NCBI GenBank assembly: GCA_021371855.1
Contig: JAJFVL010000061.1
Span: 23,413-87,412, forward strand
Direction of reading: 5' to 3'
Source: Bacteroidales bacterium
Lineage (GTDB): Bacteria > Bacteroidota > Bacteroidia > Bacteroidales > VadinHA17
DNA length: 64,000 nt
Below are positions 10,509-20,042 of this stretch, in pieces. A program made the translations under genes and the position numbers. Position 1 is the stretch's first letter. Each line of letters opens with the position of its first letter. The notes beneath the pieces are model-generated. The model saw only the letters and a list, made by a program, of their open reading frames with translations. It was not told the DNA's origin and did no database searches.

Positions 10509-11396
10509 ATGAATAATCTGTCACGACGTTTGTTTATTCAAAGAAGCTTTGCTGCCGGTATAGGATTAACAGCCCTGAAAAACTTACCTGCCTGCTCAAA
10601 TACGCCAGGTACGGGGATGAAGCTTGGATTTTGTACCTATCTGTGGGGTCAAAGCTGGGACCTTCCAACATTGATTGCCAATTGTGAAAAAGCAGGATTT
10701 CTGGGTGTTGAACTTCGTACCCAGCATGCCCATGGTGTAGAGATCAGCCTGAATGCGGCACAACGCGCTGATGTTAAAAAACGGTTTGCCGACAGTCCGG
10801 TAACCTGTATCGGTTATGGCTCTAATTTTGAATACCATAGTCCTGATCCAGTCAAGCTCCGTGAAAATATTGATCAGACCAAAGAATATATTAAACTCTG
10901 CAAAGATATCGGGGCAAGTGGAATAAAAGTCAAGCCTAATGGCCTGCCGGCTGAAGTTGCAAAAGAGAAAACTATTGCCCAGATAGCTGCATCGATCAAT
11001 GAGGTTGGAAAGTTTGCACAGGATTACGGCCAACTGGTAAGAGTAGAAGTTCATGGTGCACTTACGCAGGAAATACCGGTCATGAAAGCAATCTTTGATC
11101 AGATAACAGAGCGAAATGTAAAAATGTGTTGGAACTGCAATGATCAGGATTTATTACCTCCGGGGCTTGAAGCCAATTTCAATTTGGTAAAAAAATGGTT
11201 TGGCGACACTGTCCATATCCGTGAATTAAATGATGGCAACTATCCATACCAACAACTCTTTAACATGTTCGCAGGTATTAATTATAAGGGATGGATCCTT
11301 CTGGAAGCCCGTACCGATCCCGGTGATAAAATTTCTGCCATGAAAGAGCAATTATCTCTGTTCAATCAAATGATAACCAATGCTGGTAAACGATAG
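10509..11396 (+). CDS. Xylose-isomerase-like TIM-barrel protein (sugar phosphate isomerase/epimerase family) with twin-arginine signal
   Basis: 'LSRRLFIQRSFAAGIGLTAL' Tat signal. 'GFLGVELR', 'VRVEVHG' and 'WILLEA' beta-strand/metal-ligand pattern of the AP-endonuclease-2/xylose isomerase-like fold. Confidence 0.7.
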   Translation: MNNLSRRLFIQRSFAAGIGLTALKNLPACSNTPGTGMKLGFCTYLWGQSWDLPTLIANCEKAGFLGVELRTQHAHGVEISLNAAQRADVKKRFADSPVTCIGYGSNFEYHSPDPVKLRENIDQTKEYIKLCKDIGASGIKVKPNGLPAEVAKEKTIAQIAASINEVGKFAQDYGQLVRVEVHGALTQEIPVMKAIFDQITERNVKMCWNCNDQDLLPPGLEANFNLVKKWFGDTVHIRELNDGNYPYQQLFNMFAGINYKGWILLEARTDPGDKISAMKEQLSLFNQMITNAGKR

Positions 11397-11425
11397 ATTA
11401 CATTCACAATAAGAATATTTTTCTG

Positions 11426-13474
11426 ATGAAAAAAATCATATTTCTAATTATCGCAGCTATGACCGCCTGCACGTCCCCTTCAACAAAAAAAGAGGTAAAT
11501 ACTTCAAAGTATATTAATAATGCTTTTATTAAAGCTGCAATTGACAGTGTGAAAAATGCACAACCGACAGCCGATGTTTTTCTCCTTGAAAAAGGGGTTA
11601 ATCATGCCTCCTCACTATGGAGAACCGAAGACGGCACTCCTGAAGATTTCGTTGCCTTCGTTAAGACAAATTATATATCGGATCCGGGAAAACGTAAAGC
11701 TGTTTTCGACAAAACCTGTGACTATCTGGAGTCGCTTTATGGAAATTATAATGAAATTACACTCGACCTCAGAAAGATAATTGATCTGTCAGCAGGTGAA
11801 ATAGATGAGATAGACAGGATGTTCGGAAACTATTCTGTTTACTCACACATTCAGGATGATTTTTATTCCAATAAGATAGCCTTTGTAATTGCACTCAATT
11901 TCCCGTATTTCACTCTTGCTGAGAAAGAAAAACTCGGCCCTCAATGGAGCCGCGAACAATGGGCTATGGCTCGTCTGGGTGATCAGTTTGTGTCTCGTGT
12001 ACCTGCCGAACTCAATCAGGCCCTTTCAACAGCTATTGGTAATGCCGAGATGTATATAGCTGAATATAACATACATATGGACCGCCTTCGCACTGACGAC
12101 AACCGTCAGATCTTTCCTGACGGCATGGTGCTTCTTTCCCACTGGAACCTCCGGGATGAATTAAAAGCTGACTACTCTGACAAGGAAAAAGGGCTTGAAA
12201 AACAAAAGATGATCTATAAAGTAATGGAAAGAATAATCCGTCAGGAAATTCCGAAGATGGTTATTAACAACCCTGACTATAATTGGGCCCCCTTTTCAAA
12301 TAAGGTAACACGAGGATCCGAGGCCGTTGAGCTGGTTTCTGAACCGGATACACGTTATTCACATGTAATTGACATCTTCAAGGCAAATAAAAAGATAGAT
12401 GCTTATAATCCTGAAATGAATACTGCCCTCCTCCGCAAGTTTTCGTGGGAAATGGAAATCTCGCAGAAAGAGGTTGAGTCTCTGTTCGATACATACCTAA
12501 GCTCTCCGCAATTAGCTGTATTGGGCAAACTTATAAAAGAGAAGCTTGGACGGGATCTGGAACCATTTGATATATGGTACGATGGCTTCAAATCGCGCAG
12601 TATAATCCCGGAAGATCTTCTGACATCAAAAACCTCAGCATTATACCCCAACACCGCTGCCTTTAAAGCCGGAACTCCTCTTATTCTGACAAAACTCGGG
12701 TGGTCCCCGGAAAGAGCCAGGTATATTACTGACAAGATCGATGTGGATCCTGCCAGAGGATCGGGGCATGCTGCAGGTGCTGCAATGAAAGGAGCTGATT
12801 CACATCTCCGGACACGTGTCTCTGCGAAAGGTATGGACTATAAAGGCTATAATATAGCAATACACGAATTCGGTCATAATGTTGAGCAGACCATCTCTCT
12901 TTATGATGTTGATAATTATATGATGTCGGGCGTACCAAACATAGCTTTTACCGAAGCTCTGGCATTCATCTTCCAGAGTCGCGATCTGATGCTTCTGGGT
13001 ATTAAACAGGAAAACAAGGATACGGAAAATATGCAGACTCTTGATGCAGCATGGTCGCTGATGGAAATAATGGGAGTTGGTATGGTCGAGATGAAGGTCT
13101 GGAAATGGCTTTATGATAATCCTGAAGCAACAGCATCGGATCTTAAAGAAACTACCGTAAATTTTGCTGTTGAAGTATGGAACAAATACTTTTCTCCTGT
13201 TTTAGGTGTAAAAGACTCCCCGATTCTTGCGATTTATTCACACATGATCGAAGTGCCTCTTTATCTTCCAAACTATGCATATGGCCAGATAATTGAATTT
13301 CAGATTGAAGACTATATAAAAGGAAAAAATTTTGCAAATGAGGTTGACCGGATTTTCAAACAAGGAAAACTTACTCCGCAGCAATGGATGAATGCGGCCA
13401 CCGGAACAAAAATATCGGCACAGCCAATCATTAAAGCATTAGATAAAGCCCTCAGCAGCCAGATAACCAAATAA
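11426..13474 (+). CDS. Putative zinc metallopeptidase lipoprotein (HExxH)
   Basis: Lipobox 'IAAMTAC'. Single HExxH 'IAIHEFGHNVEQ' late in the protein. Family not recognised beyond the zincin motif. Confidence 0.45.
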   Translation: MKKIIFLIIAAMTACTSPSTKKEVNTSKYINNAFIKAAIDSVKNAQPTADVFLLEKGVNHASSLWRTEDGTPEDFVAFVKTNYISDPGKRKAVFDKTCDYLESLYGNYNEITLDLRKIIDLSAGEIDEIDRMFGNYSVYSHIQDDFYSNKIAFVIALNFPYFTLAEKEKLGPQWSREQWAMARLGDQFVSRVPAELNQALSTAIGNAEMYIAEYNIHMDRLRTDDNRQIFPDGMVLLSHWNLRDELKADYSDKEKGLEKQKMIYKVMERIIRQEIPKMVINNPDYNWAPFSNKVTRGSEAVELVSEPDTRYSHVIDIFKANKKIDAYNPEMNTALLRKFSWEMEISQKEVESLFDTYLSSPQLAVLGKLIKEKLGRDLEPFDIWYDGFKSRSIIPEDLLTSKTSALYPNTAAFKAGTPLILTKLGWSPERARYITDKIDVDPARGSGHAAGAAMKGADSHLRTRVSAKGMDYKGYNIAIHEFGHNVEQTISLYDVDNYMMSGVPNIAFTEALAFIFQSRDLMLLGIKQENKDTENMQTLDAAWSLMEIMGVGMVEMKVWKWLYDNPEATASDLKETTVNFAVEVWNKYFSPVLGVKDSPILAIYSHMIEVPLYLPNYAYGQIIEFQIEDYIKGKNFANEVDRIFKQGKLTPQQWMNAATGTKISAQPIIKALDKALSSQITK

Positions 13475-13518
13475 CTTTATTATTAAGATCCTGATAACTT
13501 GAACTTAAACCTTTTATT

Positions 13519-14814
13519 ATGACACGTAAAATACTAATTCCATTCCTTCTCCTTATGGCATTTCAGGCAAATGCTCAAATTAAGTATACACCATCTCCTG
13601 AAAACCTGAAATCTCGTGAGTGGTTCCAGGATGCCCGCTTCGGATTGTTCATCCATTGGGGGGTATATAGCGTTCTTGGTGATGGCGAATGGGTGATGAA
13701 CAACCAGAATATCGATAAGGAAACTTATCAGAAGCTTCCGAATTTTTTCAATCCTGTAAACTATGACCCGAAAGAGTGGGTAGCGATGGCTAAAGCAGCA
13801 GGAATGAAATATATTACCATTACAAGCAAGCATCACGACGGGTTTGCCATGTTCGACTCAAAGCTTACTGACTGGGACATTGTTGATCGTACCCCTTACA
13901 AAAAAGATATCATTAAAATGCTTGCAGAAGAATGCAGGAAAGAAGGTATCAAACTATTCTTCTATCACTCTCACCTCGACTGGTATCAGGAAAACTATTT
14001 CCCCCTTGGAAGGACAGGACATTCATCAGGCCGTCCTGAAAAAGGCGACTGGTATAAGTACCTTGATTACATGGATGGGCAGCTGACTGAACTGCTGACC
14101 AACTATGGTGAAATAGGGGGAATATGGTTTGACGGTGACTGGGACAAACTGGATGCAGACTGGCGTCTCGAGAAAACATACAGCCTTATTCATAAACTAC
14201 AGCCGGCATGTATGGTGGGGAACAATCACCACCTCGCACCATTCCCTGGTGAAGATTTTCAGATGTTCGAAAAAGATCTGCCAGGTCACAATACGACAGG
14301 TTTCAGCGGAGATTCAAAAGTCGGTTCACTTCCTCTTGAAACGTGCGAGACAATGAATAATTCATGGGGATTTAACCTTCAGGATAAGCGTTATAAATCG
14401 ACAAAATCAATCATCCAGTATATCGTAAAAGCAGCCGGATATAATTCAAATTTCCTTCTGAATGTAGGTCCAATGCCCGATGGAAGAATACAACCGGAAT
14501 TCGTAAGCACCCTGAAAGAGGTTGGCAAATGGATGGAGAAATACGGTGAGACGATTTATGGTACCCGCGGCGGACCAGTGCCTCCGAAAAGCTGGGGTGT
14601 AACCACTTATAAGAACAACAAAGTTTATGTTCATGTCATGAATGCAGAAAACAGCAATTTACTTATTCCTGATTTTGGAAAGAAAGTAAAAGGTATTACT
14701 CTTTTTACAACATCCGAAAAGCTGAAATACAAACAGGATACTTTCGGAATAACTATCTCTCTGCCAAAGGACATTGCTGATGAGACAGACACTATTCTGG
14801 TAATTGAGATCTGA
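13519..14814 (+). CDS. Alpha-L-fucosidase (GH29)
   Basis: Signal peptide. 'ARFGLFIHWGVYS', 'MKYITITSKHHDGFAMFDS' and 'IWFDGDW' are GH29 hallmark blocks. Confidence 0.85.
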   Translation: MTRKILIPFLLLMAFQANAQIKYTPSPENLKSREWFQDARFGLFIHWGVYSVLGDGEWVMNNQNIDKETYQKLPNFFNPVNYDPKEWVAMAKAAGMKYITITSKHHDGFAMFDSKLTDWDIVDRTPYKKDIIKMLAEECRKEGIKLFFYHSHLDWYQENYFPLGRTGHSSGRPEKGDWYKYLDYMDGQLTELLTNYGEIGGIWFDGDWDKLDADWRLEKTYSLIHKLQPACMVGNNHHLAPFPGEDFQMFEKDLPGHNTTGFSGDSKVGSLPLETCETMNNSWGFNLQDKRYKSTKSIIQYIVKAAGYNSNFLLNVGPMPDGRIQPEFVSTLKEVGKWMEKYGETIYGTRGGPVPPKSWGVTTYKNNKVYVHVMNAENSNLLIPDFGKKVKGITLFTTSEKLKYKQDTFGITISLPKDIADETDTILVIEI

Positions 14815-14897
14815 GGAGGTTTGAGGTGTGAAGCGTGAGGTAACCGGCAACCATCAATCGGTAGTTAAGGATATTTGGCCATACATTATATATGAAA

Positions 14898-14930
14898 TAA
14901 AAAGGGGCTTTTTATACAGCCCCTTTTTTA
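14898..14930. terminator. Bidirectional rho-independent terminator between the convergent GH29 genes
   Basis: 'aaaaaggggct-ttttatac-agcccctttttt': GC stem ggggct/agcccc (14904-14909 / 14918-14923) flanked by an A-run and a T-run. Confidence 0.7.
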
Positions 14931-14940
14931 TTACATATAA

Positions 14941-16305
14941 TTACTTAAGATAAATCTCCAGTACCGGGATCTCAGTCTGAGGTTTCTGGACAGGAAGTTG
15001 AAGATTTACATCATTTTTGTTCTCATCTTTTCCAACAGTGAACTTAACCTCGGAGGCATCACTCAAAAGCTGTACATATTTAATCTTGTCAGCCATATTC
15101 TCAAGAGTAAGTCTTCCCATTGGATAGACCAATAAATGAACATATAATCTTTTAGTTACAGGATTATATGTTAAAAGAGTATTTGCAGGTGCAGTAAAAT
15201 CCGCAGGGGCTTCAGTACAACCATAGATCGAACGGCTGTTATATTTCATCCAGTCTCCCATTGATTTCAATCGGTCCTGTGCTCGATAATCAAATACGCC
15301 ACGGGCTGTAGGACCAACATTTAGGAGAAGATTGCCACCTTTACTGACCGATTCAATAAGCAACTCTAACAATTGTGCAGGACTCTTCCATGTATACTCG
15401 TCACGGTAATAGCCCCATGAGCCTGAGAAAGTCTGGCATGTTTCCCAAGGAACCCTTTTTCCATTATATTCCGGCCATTTTGTCACTTTTACCTGTTCAG
15501 GAGAAACAAAATCCCAGCCGCCTTCAACATCTTTCAGATCGAGACGGTCATCAATAATTATTCCGGGCTGAAGGCTGCGTGCAAGTTTTATAAGGTTCTG
15601 AGAATCCCAGTCATCACGTCCCTTTCCGTTTTTACCCGGGAAGGAAAAGTCGAACCAGATAATGCTTATTTCACCATAATTGGTAAGCAGTTCTCTTACC
15701 TGATTTTTAAGGTATTCCCTGTACTTACTCATATCTTTCCCTTTATTCAGCCTGGCATATGCAGTATCTGAATCCTGCCTTAATGGATGGCATCTGTCGA
15801 TGGTGTAATCGGGATGATGCCAGTCGATAAGTGAATAATAAAATCCAACTTTCAACCCTTCTGCTCTGAATGCTTCCACATATTCCTTTATCAGGTCTTT
15901 CCCATAAGGAGTATTAGGTGCCTTGTAATCAGTGAATTTTGAATCGAACAAACAGAAACCTTCATGGTGTTTTGCTGTAAGCACAACATATTTCATCCCT
16001 GCAGCCCTGGCCATTTTTGCCCATTCATGCGGATCGAACAGATCGGGATTAAACATCTCAAAGTATTTCTGATATTGCTCGTTAGTCAGTCTTTCGTAGT
16101 TTTTCACCCACTCATGTCTGGCAGGTAAAGCATATAACCCCCAGTGAATAAACATTCCGAAACGGGCATCGGTCCACCATTGCATTCTTTGAGTTTTTTG
16201 GGCTTCCGTCTCTTTGGGAAACTGTGCCGGAGCTAAGTGAGGAACAAGAAACAGGCACATCAGCATAATTGCTGTCATGAAGGTTTTGTTTTTCATATTT
16301 ATCAT
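14941..16305 (-). CDS. Alpha-L-fucosidase (GH29)
   Basis: Signal peptide. 'ARFGMFIHWGLYALP', 'MKYVVLTAKHHEGFCLFDS', 'IWFDFSF'. Paralogous to 13519..14814. Confidence 0.85.
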   Translation of the reverse strand: MINMKNKTFMTAIMLMCLFLVPHLAPAQFPKETEAQKTQRMQWWTDARFGMFIHWGLYALPARHEWVKNYERLTNEQYQKYFEMFNPDLFDPHEWAKMARAAGMKYVVLTAKHHEGFCLFDSKFTDYKAPNTPYGKDLIKEYVEAFRAEGLKVGFYYSLIDWHHPDYTIDRCHPLRQDSDTAYARLNKGKDMSKYREYLKNQVRELLTNYGEISIIWFDFSFPGKNGKGRDDWDSQNLIKLARSLQPGIIIDDRLDLKDVEGGWDFVSPEQVKVTKWPEYNGKRVPWETCQTFSGSWGYYRDEYTWKSPAQLLELLIESVSKGGNLLLNVGPTARGVFDYRAQDRLKSMGDWMKYNSRSIYGCTEAPADFTAPANTLLTYNPVTKRLYVHLLVYPMGRLTLENMADKIKYVQLLSDASEVKFTVGKDENKNDVNLQLPVQKPQTEIPVLEIYLK

Positions 16306-16849
16306 TTTTAGTTGTTAATTAATATTCAGGATTATCATATCATATTTCTTTGAATCAGTTTCATTTTTTGTATGGACCCGGTAACCAAACCTGACAAAAA
16401 AAGTAAAATCGAGAGGAGAACAGTTTCTGTTTCATATATAATGCTCAAAAATTATTTGTACACGATGCAAAGGATTCAAATAACAACGCGGGCTGATAAG
16501 TCATAATAATTATATGTAAAAATACTTTTTTAAGCGATTTATATACAAAAGTATTGTAAGTTGTTTGTAGTAATATTTGTTAATTTTGTTCATGTCCTTT
16601 AGATCATGCGCATCTGATATCAATTTAAAATACATAAGCCGGATTATTTTAGAAATTATTTAATGGTTCCTTTTTTTAAGAACTTAAATGTTGCGGGTCT
16701 GATGAATCAGACGATGGCAGCATACAGATGATATATACTTTTAATAATTGTGATGATCAGATATTTAGTGACTTGATATTTTCAGAGAACAAAAGTGCTT
16801 TTATTATGTTGTACAGCATCATATTATATTGAATAATTATAACTAAATT

Positions 16850-17821
16850 ATGAAAAAGACAGAGTTCTCCGGACAAAAAAGAAAGGTGGCAGTAGTCGGG
16901 GCAGGTTCAGTGGGTGCCACATATTGCTATGCACTGGCACAGAGCGGTCTTGCTGACGAAATAGCACTGATTGACATGAATGAGGACCTTTTGCACGGAC
17001 AGGTTCTTGACCTGGTACATGGCCAGGCTTTCTTCCCTACTGTTAATATCCATGCCGGATCTTCTGAAGATTATACAGATGCCCAGCTTGTGGTAATTAC
17101 GGCCGGAGCTGCCCAGCGGCCGGGAGAGACACGATTGCAACTTCTTAAGAAAAATGCAAATATTGTTGGAGGTATTGCAGAAGATATTTCCAGACATAAA
17201 TGCAAAGGGGTAATGCTCATAGTCAGTAATCCTGTGGATGTACTGACGTATGTTGCATTGAAACGATCAGGATGGGACAGAAACCATGTGATAGGATCAG
17301 GGACCGTTCTCGATAGTGCCAGATTCAGATACCTCATTAGTAACCACTGCGGTGTAGATATTCATAATGTTCATGCATATTTTCTTGGTGAACATGGCGA
17401 CAGTGAATTTGCAGCATGGTCTATGACTAATATAGCCGGTTTAAAAATGGAAGAGTATTGCCCGATATGCAATAACTGCTCCGACTGTAAAGAACAACGG
17501 TTACTAATAGAGAAACAGGTACGCGAATCAGCATACCAGATAATAAATTTCAAGGGATCGACCCATTTTGCAGTGGGGATGGCACTAGTAAGGATCACAG
17601 GCGCCATACTCCGTAAGCAGAACAGCGTTATGACTGTATCAGTCATGTTGAAAGGAGAGTTTGGAATCAATGATGTATGTCTCAGTGTTCAAAGTATTGT
17701 ATCCGAAACCGGCATAATCAGGATTATCGAAAATCCTCTCCCGGAAGAAGAAATGGCTTCGCTCTTACATTCTGCCTCTGTTCTCAGAGAAGCAATTGAT
17801 TCGCTGGAAGATAATGGCTGA
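16850..17821 (+). CDS. ldh: L-lactate dehydrogenase
   Basis: 'KVAVVGAGSVGA' Rossmann motif, 'AGAAQRPGETRLQLL' (Gln at the LDH-specificity position), 'GEHGDSE'. Confidence 0.85.
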   Translation: MKKTEFSGQKRKVAVVGAGSVGATYCYALAQSGLADEIALIDMNEDLLHGQVLDLVHGQAFFPTVNIHAGSSEDYTDAQLVVITAGAAQRPGETRLQLLKKNANIVGGIAEDISRHKCKGVMLIVSNPVDVLTYVALKRSGWDRNHVIGSGTVLDSARFRYLISNHCGVDIHNVHAYFLGEHGDSEFAAWSMTNIAGLKMEEYCPICNNCSDCKEQRLLIEKQVRESAYQIINFKGSTHFAVGMALVRITGAILRKQNSVMTVSVMLKGEFGINDVCLSVQSIVSETGIIRIIENPLPEEEMASLLHSASVLREAIDSLEDNG

Positions 17822-17928
17822 TGAAACAAAGAGGCAACACAAACTAAATATTTGTCTGTATTAATGGCATATCTTTAACTCACTATTTTGGTTAATCTGA
17901 TTTATACTTAATCTGTTCCATTGGATAA

Positions 17929-18540
17929 ATGATAAAAAAGTACAGGATATTATTATTGTTTTCGATTATACCGCTATCGATATTTTCTCAGAATATTGAC
18001 ATTCAGATCCTTCGTTCCCATAATTCTCAAAATATCCAATCGTCCGATGATTTTTTCAGATTTGCTTCCAACACTAATACCGGAATAGTTTTAGGAGTTC
18101 CCGTTACTATGGGAATTGCCGGACTTATTAAACATGATAATAAGTTGTTTAGAAATGCCTGCGTGGTTGCTGTCGCCAGTGGTATTAACATGGGATTTAC
18201 CAATGCTTTGAAATATTCGATTAATCGTAAACGCCCTTTTGAGACCTATCCGGACATCATGAAAAAATCGGATGTAAAAGATCCTTCCTTCCCTTCCGGT
18301 CATACTTCCAGCGCCTTTGCTACAGCTACATCGCTGAGCCTGGCTTATCCCAAATGGTATATCATTGCCCCATCATATCTGTGGGCAGGTACAGTCGGAT
18401 ATTCAAGAATGCATCTCGGGGTACATTATCCAAGTGATGTTCTGGGGGGCATGATTGCAGGCTCCGGAAGCGCCTATCTTACGTACAAAGCAAATAAATG
18501 GCTGAATAACTGTAATTGGAAAAGACATGGACACCAGTAG
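17929..18540 (+). CDS. PAP2-family phosphatase (membrane)
   Basis: Three PAP2 motifs: 'KYSINRKRP', 'PSGH', 'SRMHLGVHYPSD'. Confidence 0.8.
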   Translation: MIKKYRILLLFSIIPLSIFSQNIDIQILRSHNSQNIQSSDDFFRFASNTNTGIVLGVPVTMGIAGLIKHDNKLFRNACVVAVASGINMGFTNALKYSINRKRPFETYPDIMKKSDVKDPSFPSGHTSSAFATATSLSLAYPKWYIIAPSYLWAGTVGYSRMHLGVHYPSDVLGGMIAGSGSAYLTYKANKWLNNCNWKRHGHQ

Positions 18541-18635
18541 AAATTGCTGGTCTGGCCAATCATTTGCTTTCAGACTAAAACCAATTATGAGGATCCCCTA
18601 TCCTCATGGCGGATTATTTGACCTGACAGGTCAAC

Positions 18636-18665
18636 AAAAAGCTGATTTCTTTAGCCGGCTTTTTA
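18636..18665. terminator. Possible shared terminator hairpin between convergent PAP2 and FISUMP genes
   Basis: 'aaaagc' (18637-18642) pairs with 'gctttt' (18658-18663). The loop contains the palindrome agccggct, and a T-run follows on the + strand. An 8-bp hairpin atgaggat/atcctcat lies upstream in the same gap. Confidence 0.3.
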
Positions 18666-18691
18666 TCTCAGATAGGCTGGACGGGTATAAG

Positions 18692-19504
18692 CTATTTCCT
18701 GAGGCAACGAACTGATTCTCCACGTTGCTTGGGACTGCTGCTCCTGGATAAACTTCCACTCAGGGCAAGATAGTGGTCAAAGGAGTTTAGAGTATTGCTT
18801 TCTGTTGAAGTCCACCAAATACCAATACTGCCGAGGTTGAGAAATGTCCCATTCTCAACACGATAACCTCCCGGGAGACCTATAAAACCGGTTTCATTGG
18901 TCCCATTGTTACCATCACTCCATCCACTGGTGCTTTTCAATTTTTTGCCGGCCCCTTGTCCACCTAAATAATAAATCAACGTTGCCCAATCAGCATCGTT
19001 GGACAAAGTCCAGCCTACCGGAGCTAACCCTCTTGGGTCGTTCACTGCATACCAGTTGTATAGTTTGCCGTACTTCAGACCGTTTTTAGGATCGTTATTA
19101 TAGTGACACCATGCAGGCTTTCCTGACTCACCAGCTGTTACCCATTCTTTGTTGGTTCTCGCTTCAGGAATTGAATCGCCATTTCGAAATTTGCTTACAT
19201 TCAGGTTTGCTACTGCCCAGGTTTGTGTACCAATCCTTACTATTCCTATAACTTTGCTCTTATTATCTGATGCAGGTTTTGAACTCTTCTGGATGGATTT
19301 TGATTTCGTCTGTGCAGATTTTGAGCCAGTCTGGGCAGATTTCGAACCCGTTTGTGCAGATTTTGTTTTTGTCTGAACAGATTTTAAGCTTGTCTGGTCA
19401 GAATCTGATCCACCCTGAAAATGGATATTACCCGACATATTTCCATAAGAAAACAGAAAAATAAAAGTACAGGTTATTATGATAATGGTCTTTGCTTTTT
19501 TCAT
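18692..19504 (-). CDS. FISUMP (Fibrobacter succinogenes major paralogous) domain protein with low-complexity K/S/Q/T repeat linker
   Basis: Signal peptide. C-terminal 'TQTWAVANLNV..FRNGDSIPE..AWCHYNNDP..YGKLYNWYAV..GLAPVGW.L..DADW..L..YLGG...AGKKLKS..GW...G.N.TGF.GLPGGYR' matches the FISUMP domain pattern. Confidence 0.75.
   Translation of the reverse strand: MKKAKTIIIITCTFIFLFSYGNMSGNIHFQGGSDSDQTSLKSVQTKTKSAQTGSKSAQTGSKSAQTKSKSIQKSSKPASDNKSKVIGIVRIGTQTWAVANLNVSKFRNGDSIPEARTNKEWVTAGESGKPAWCHYNNDPKNGLKYGKLYNWYAVNDPRGLAPVGWTLSNDADWATLIYYLGGQGAGKKLKSTSGWSDGNNGTNETGFIGLPGGYRVENGTFLNLGSIGIWWTSTESNTLNSFDHYLALSGSLSRSSSPKQRGESVRCLRK
19290..19415. repeat. Six imperfect tandem copies of a 21-bp unit inside the FISUMP gene
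   Basis: + strand units tggatggattttgatttcgtc / tgtgcagattttgagccagtc / tgggcagatttcgaacccgtt / tgtgcagattttgtttttgtc / tgaacagattttaagcttgtc / tggtcagaatctgatccaccc. They encode the heptad '(T/S)KSAQTG' array. Confidence 0.8.
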
Positions 19505-20042
19505 ATCTGTCTCCTTTAAATTAATGGTAATGTTTTGTTATTCTCAAGGAAAATGGTGAAGATATAATCACCATAATTGAGCCCATCCTTAACGGATGAT
19601 AAATGGATATCATCTAACAGATCACTTTTCTTTTATGAAAGAACTTAAGCTTTCCTATCGCAAAGCATCAGATATTAAACGCATCTGAAATAATTTTATT
19701 ATGCGGGTCAAGAAAAGAAAACTGTAGCCGAATTTTCTGCGGACTGTAATAGACTCTCTAAGCCGCAGTCATTACAAAATCATTTAGTTGAAATGGCTAT
19801 ACTTCTCATATTACCGGGCTTAAGTACCGGTTCAGGTTCCTATAATAATGAAAAATAAATCAAACAGCGTAATTAAATGTGCTCATTTTCGCTTCGATAA
19901 TTAATTGAATAAAGAATAATTTTATAGAATCCAGAGAGATCAAAATCCTTTATAATTGTCGACTTACAATTGTTTAGCCGCCGAAAACAAACATGAATGC
20001 AGTCAGGCATATCATTGTTTTTTAACTTGTTTCATTTTTGAA

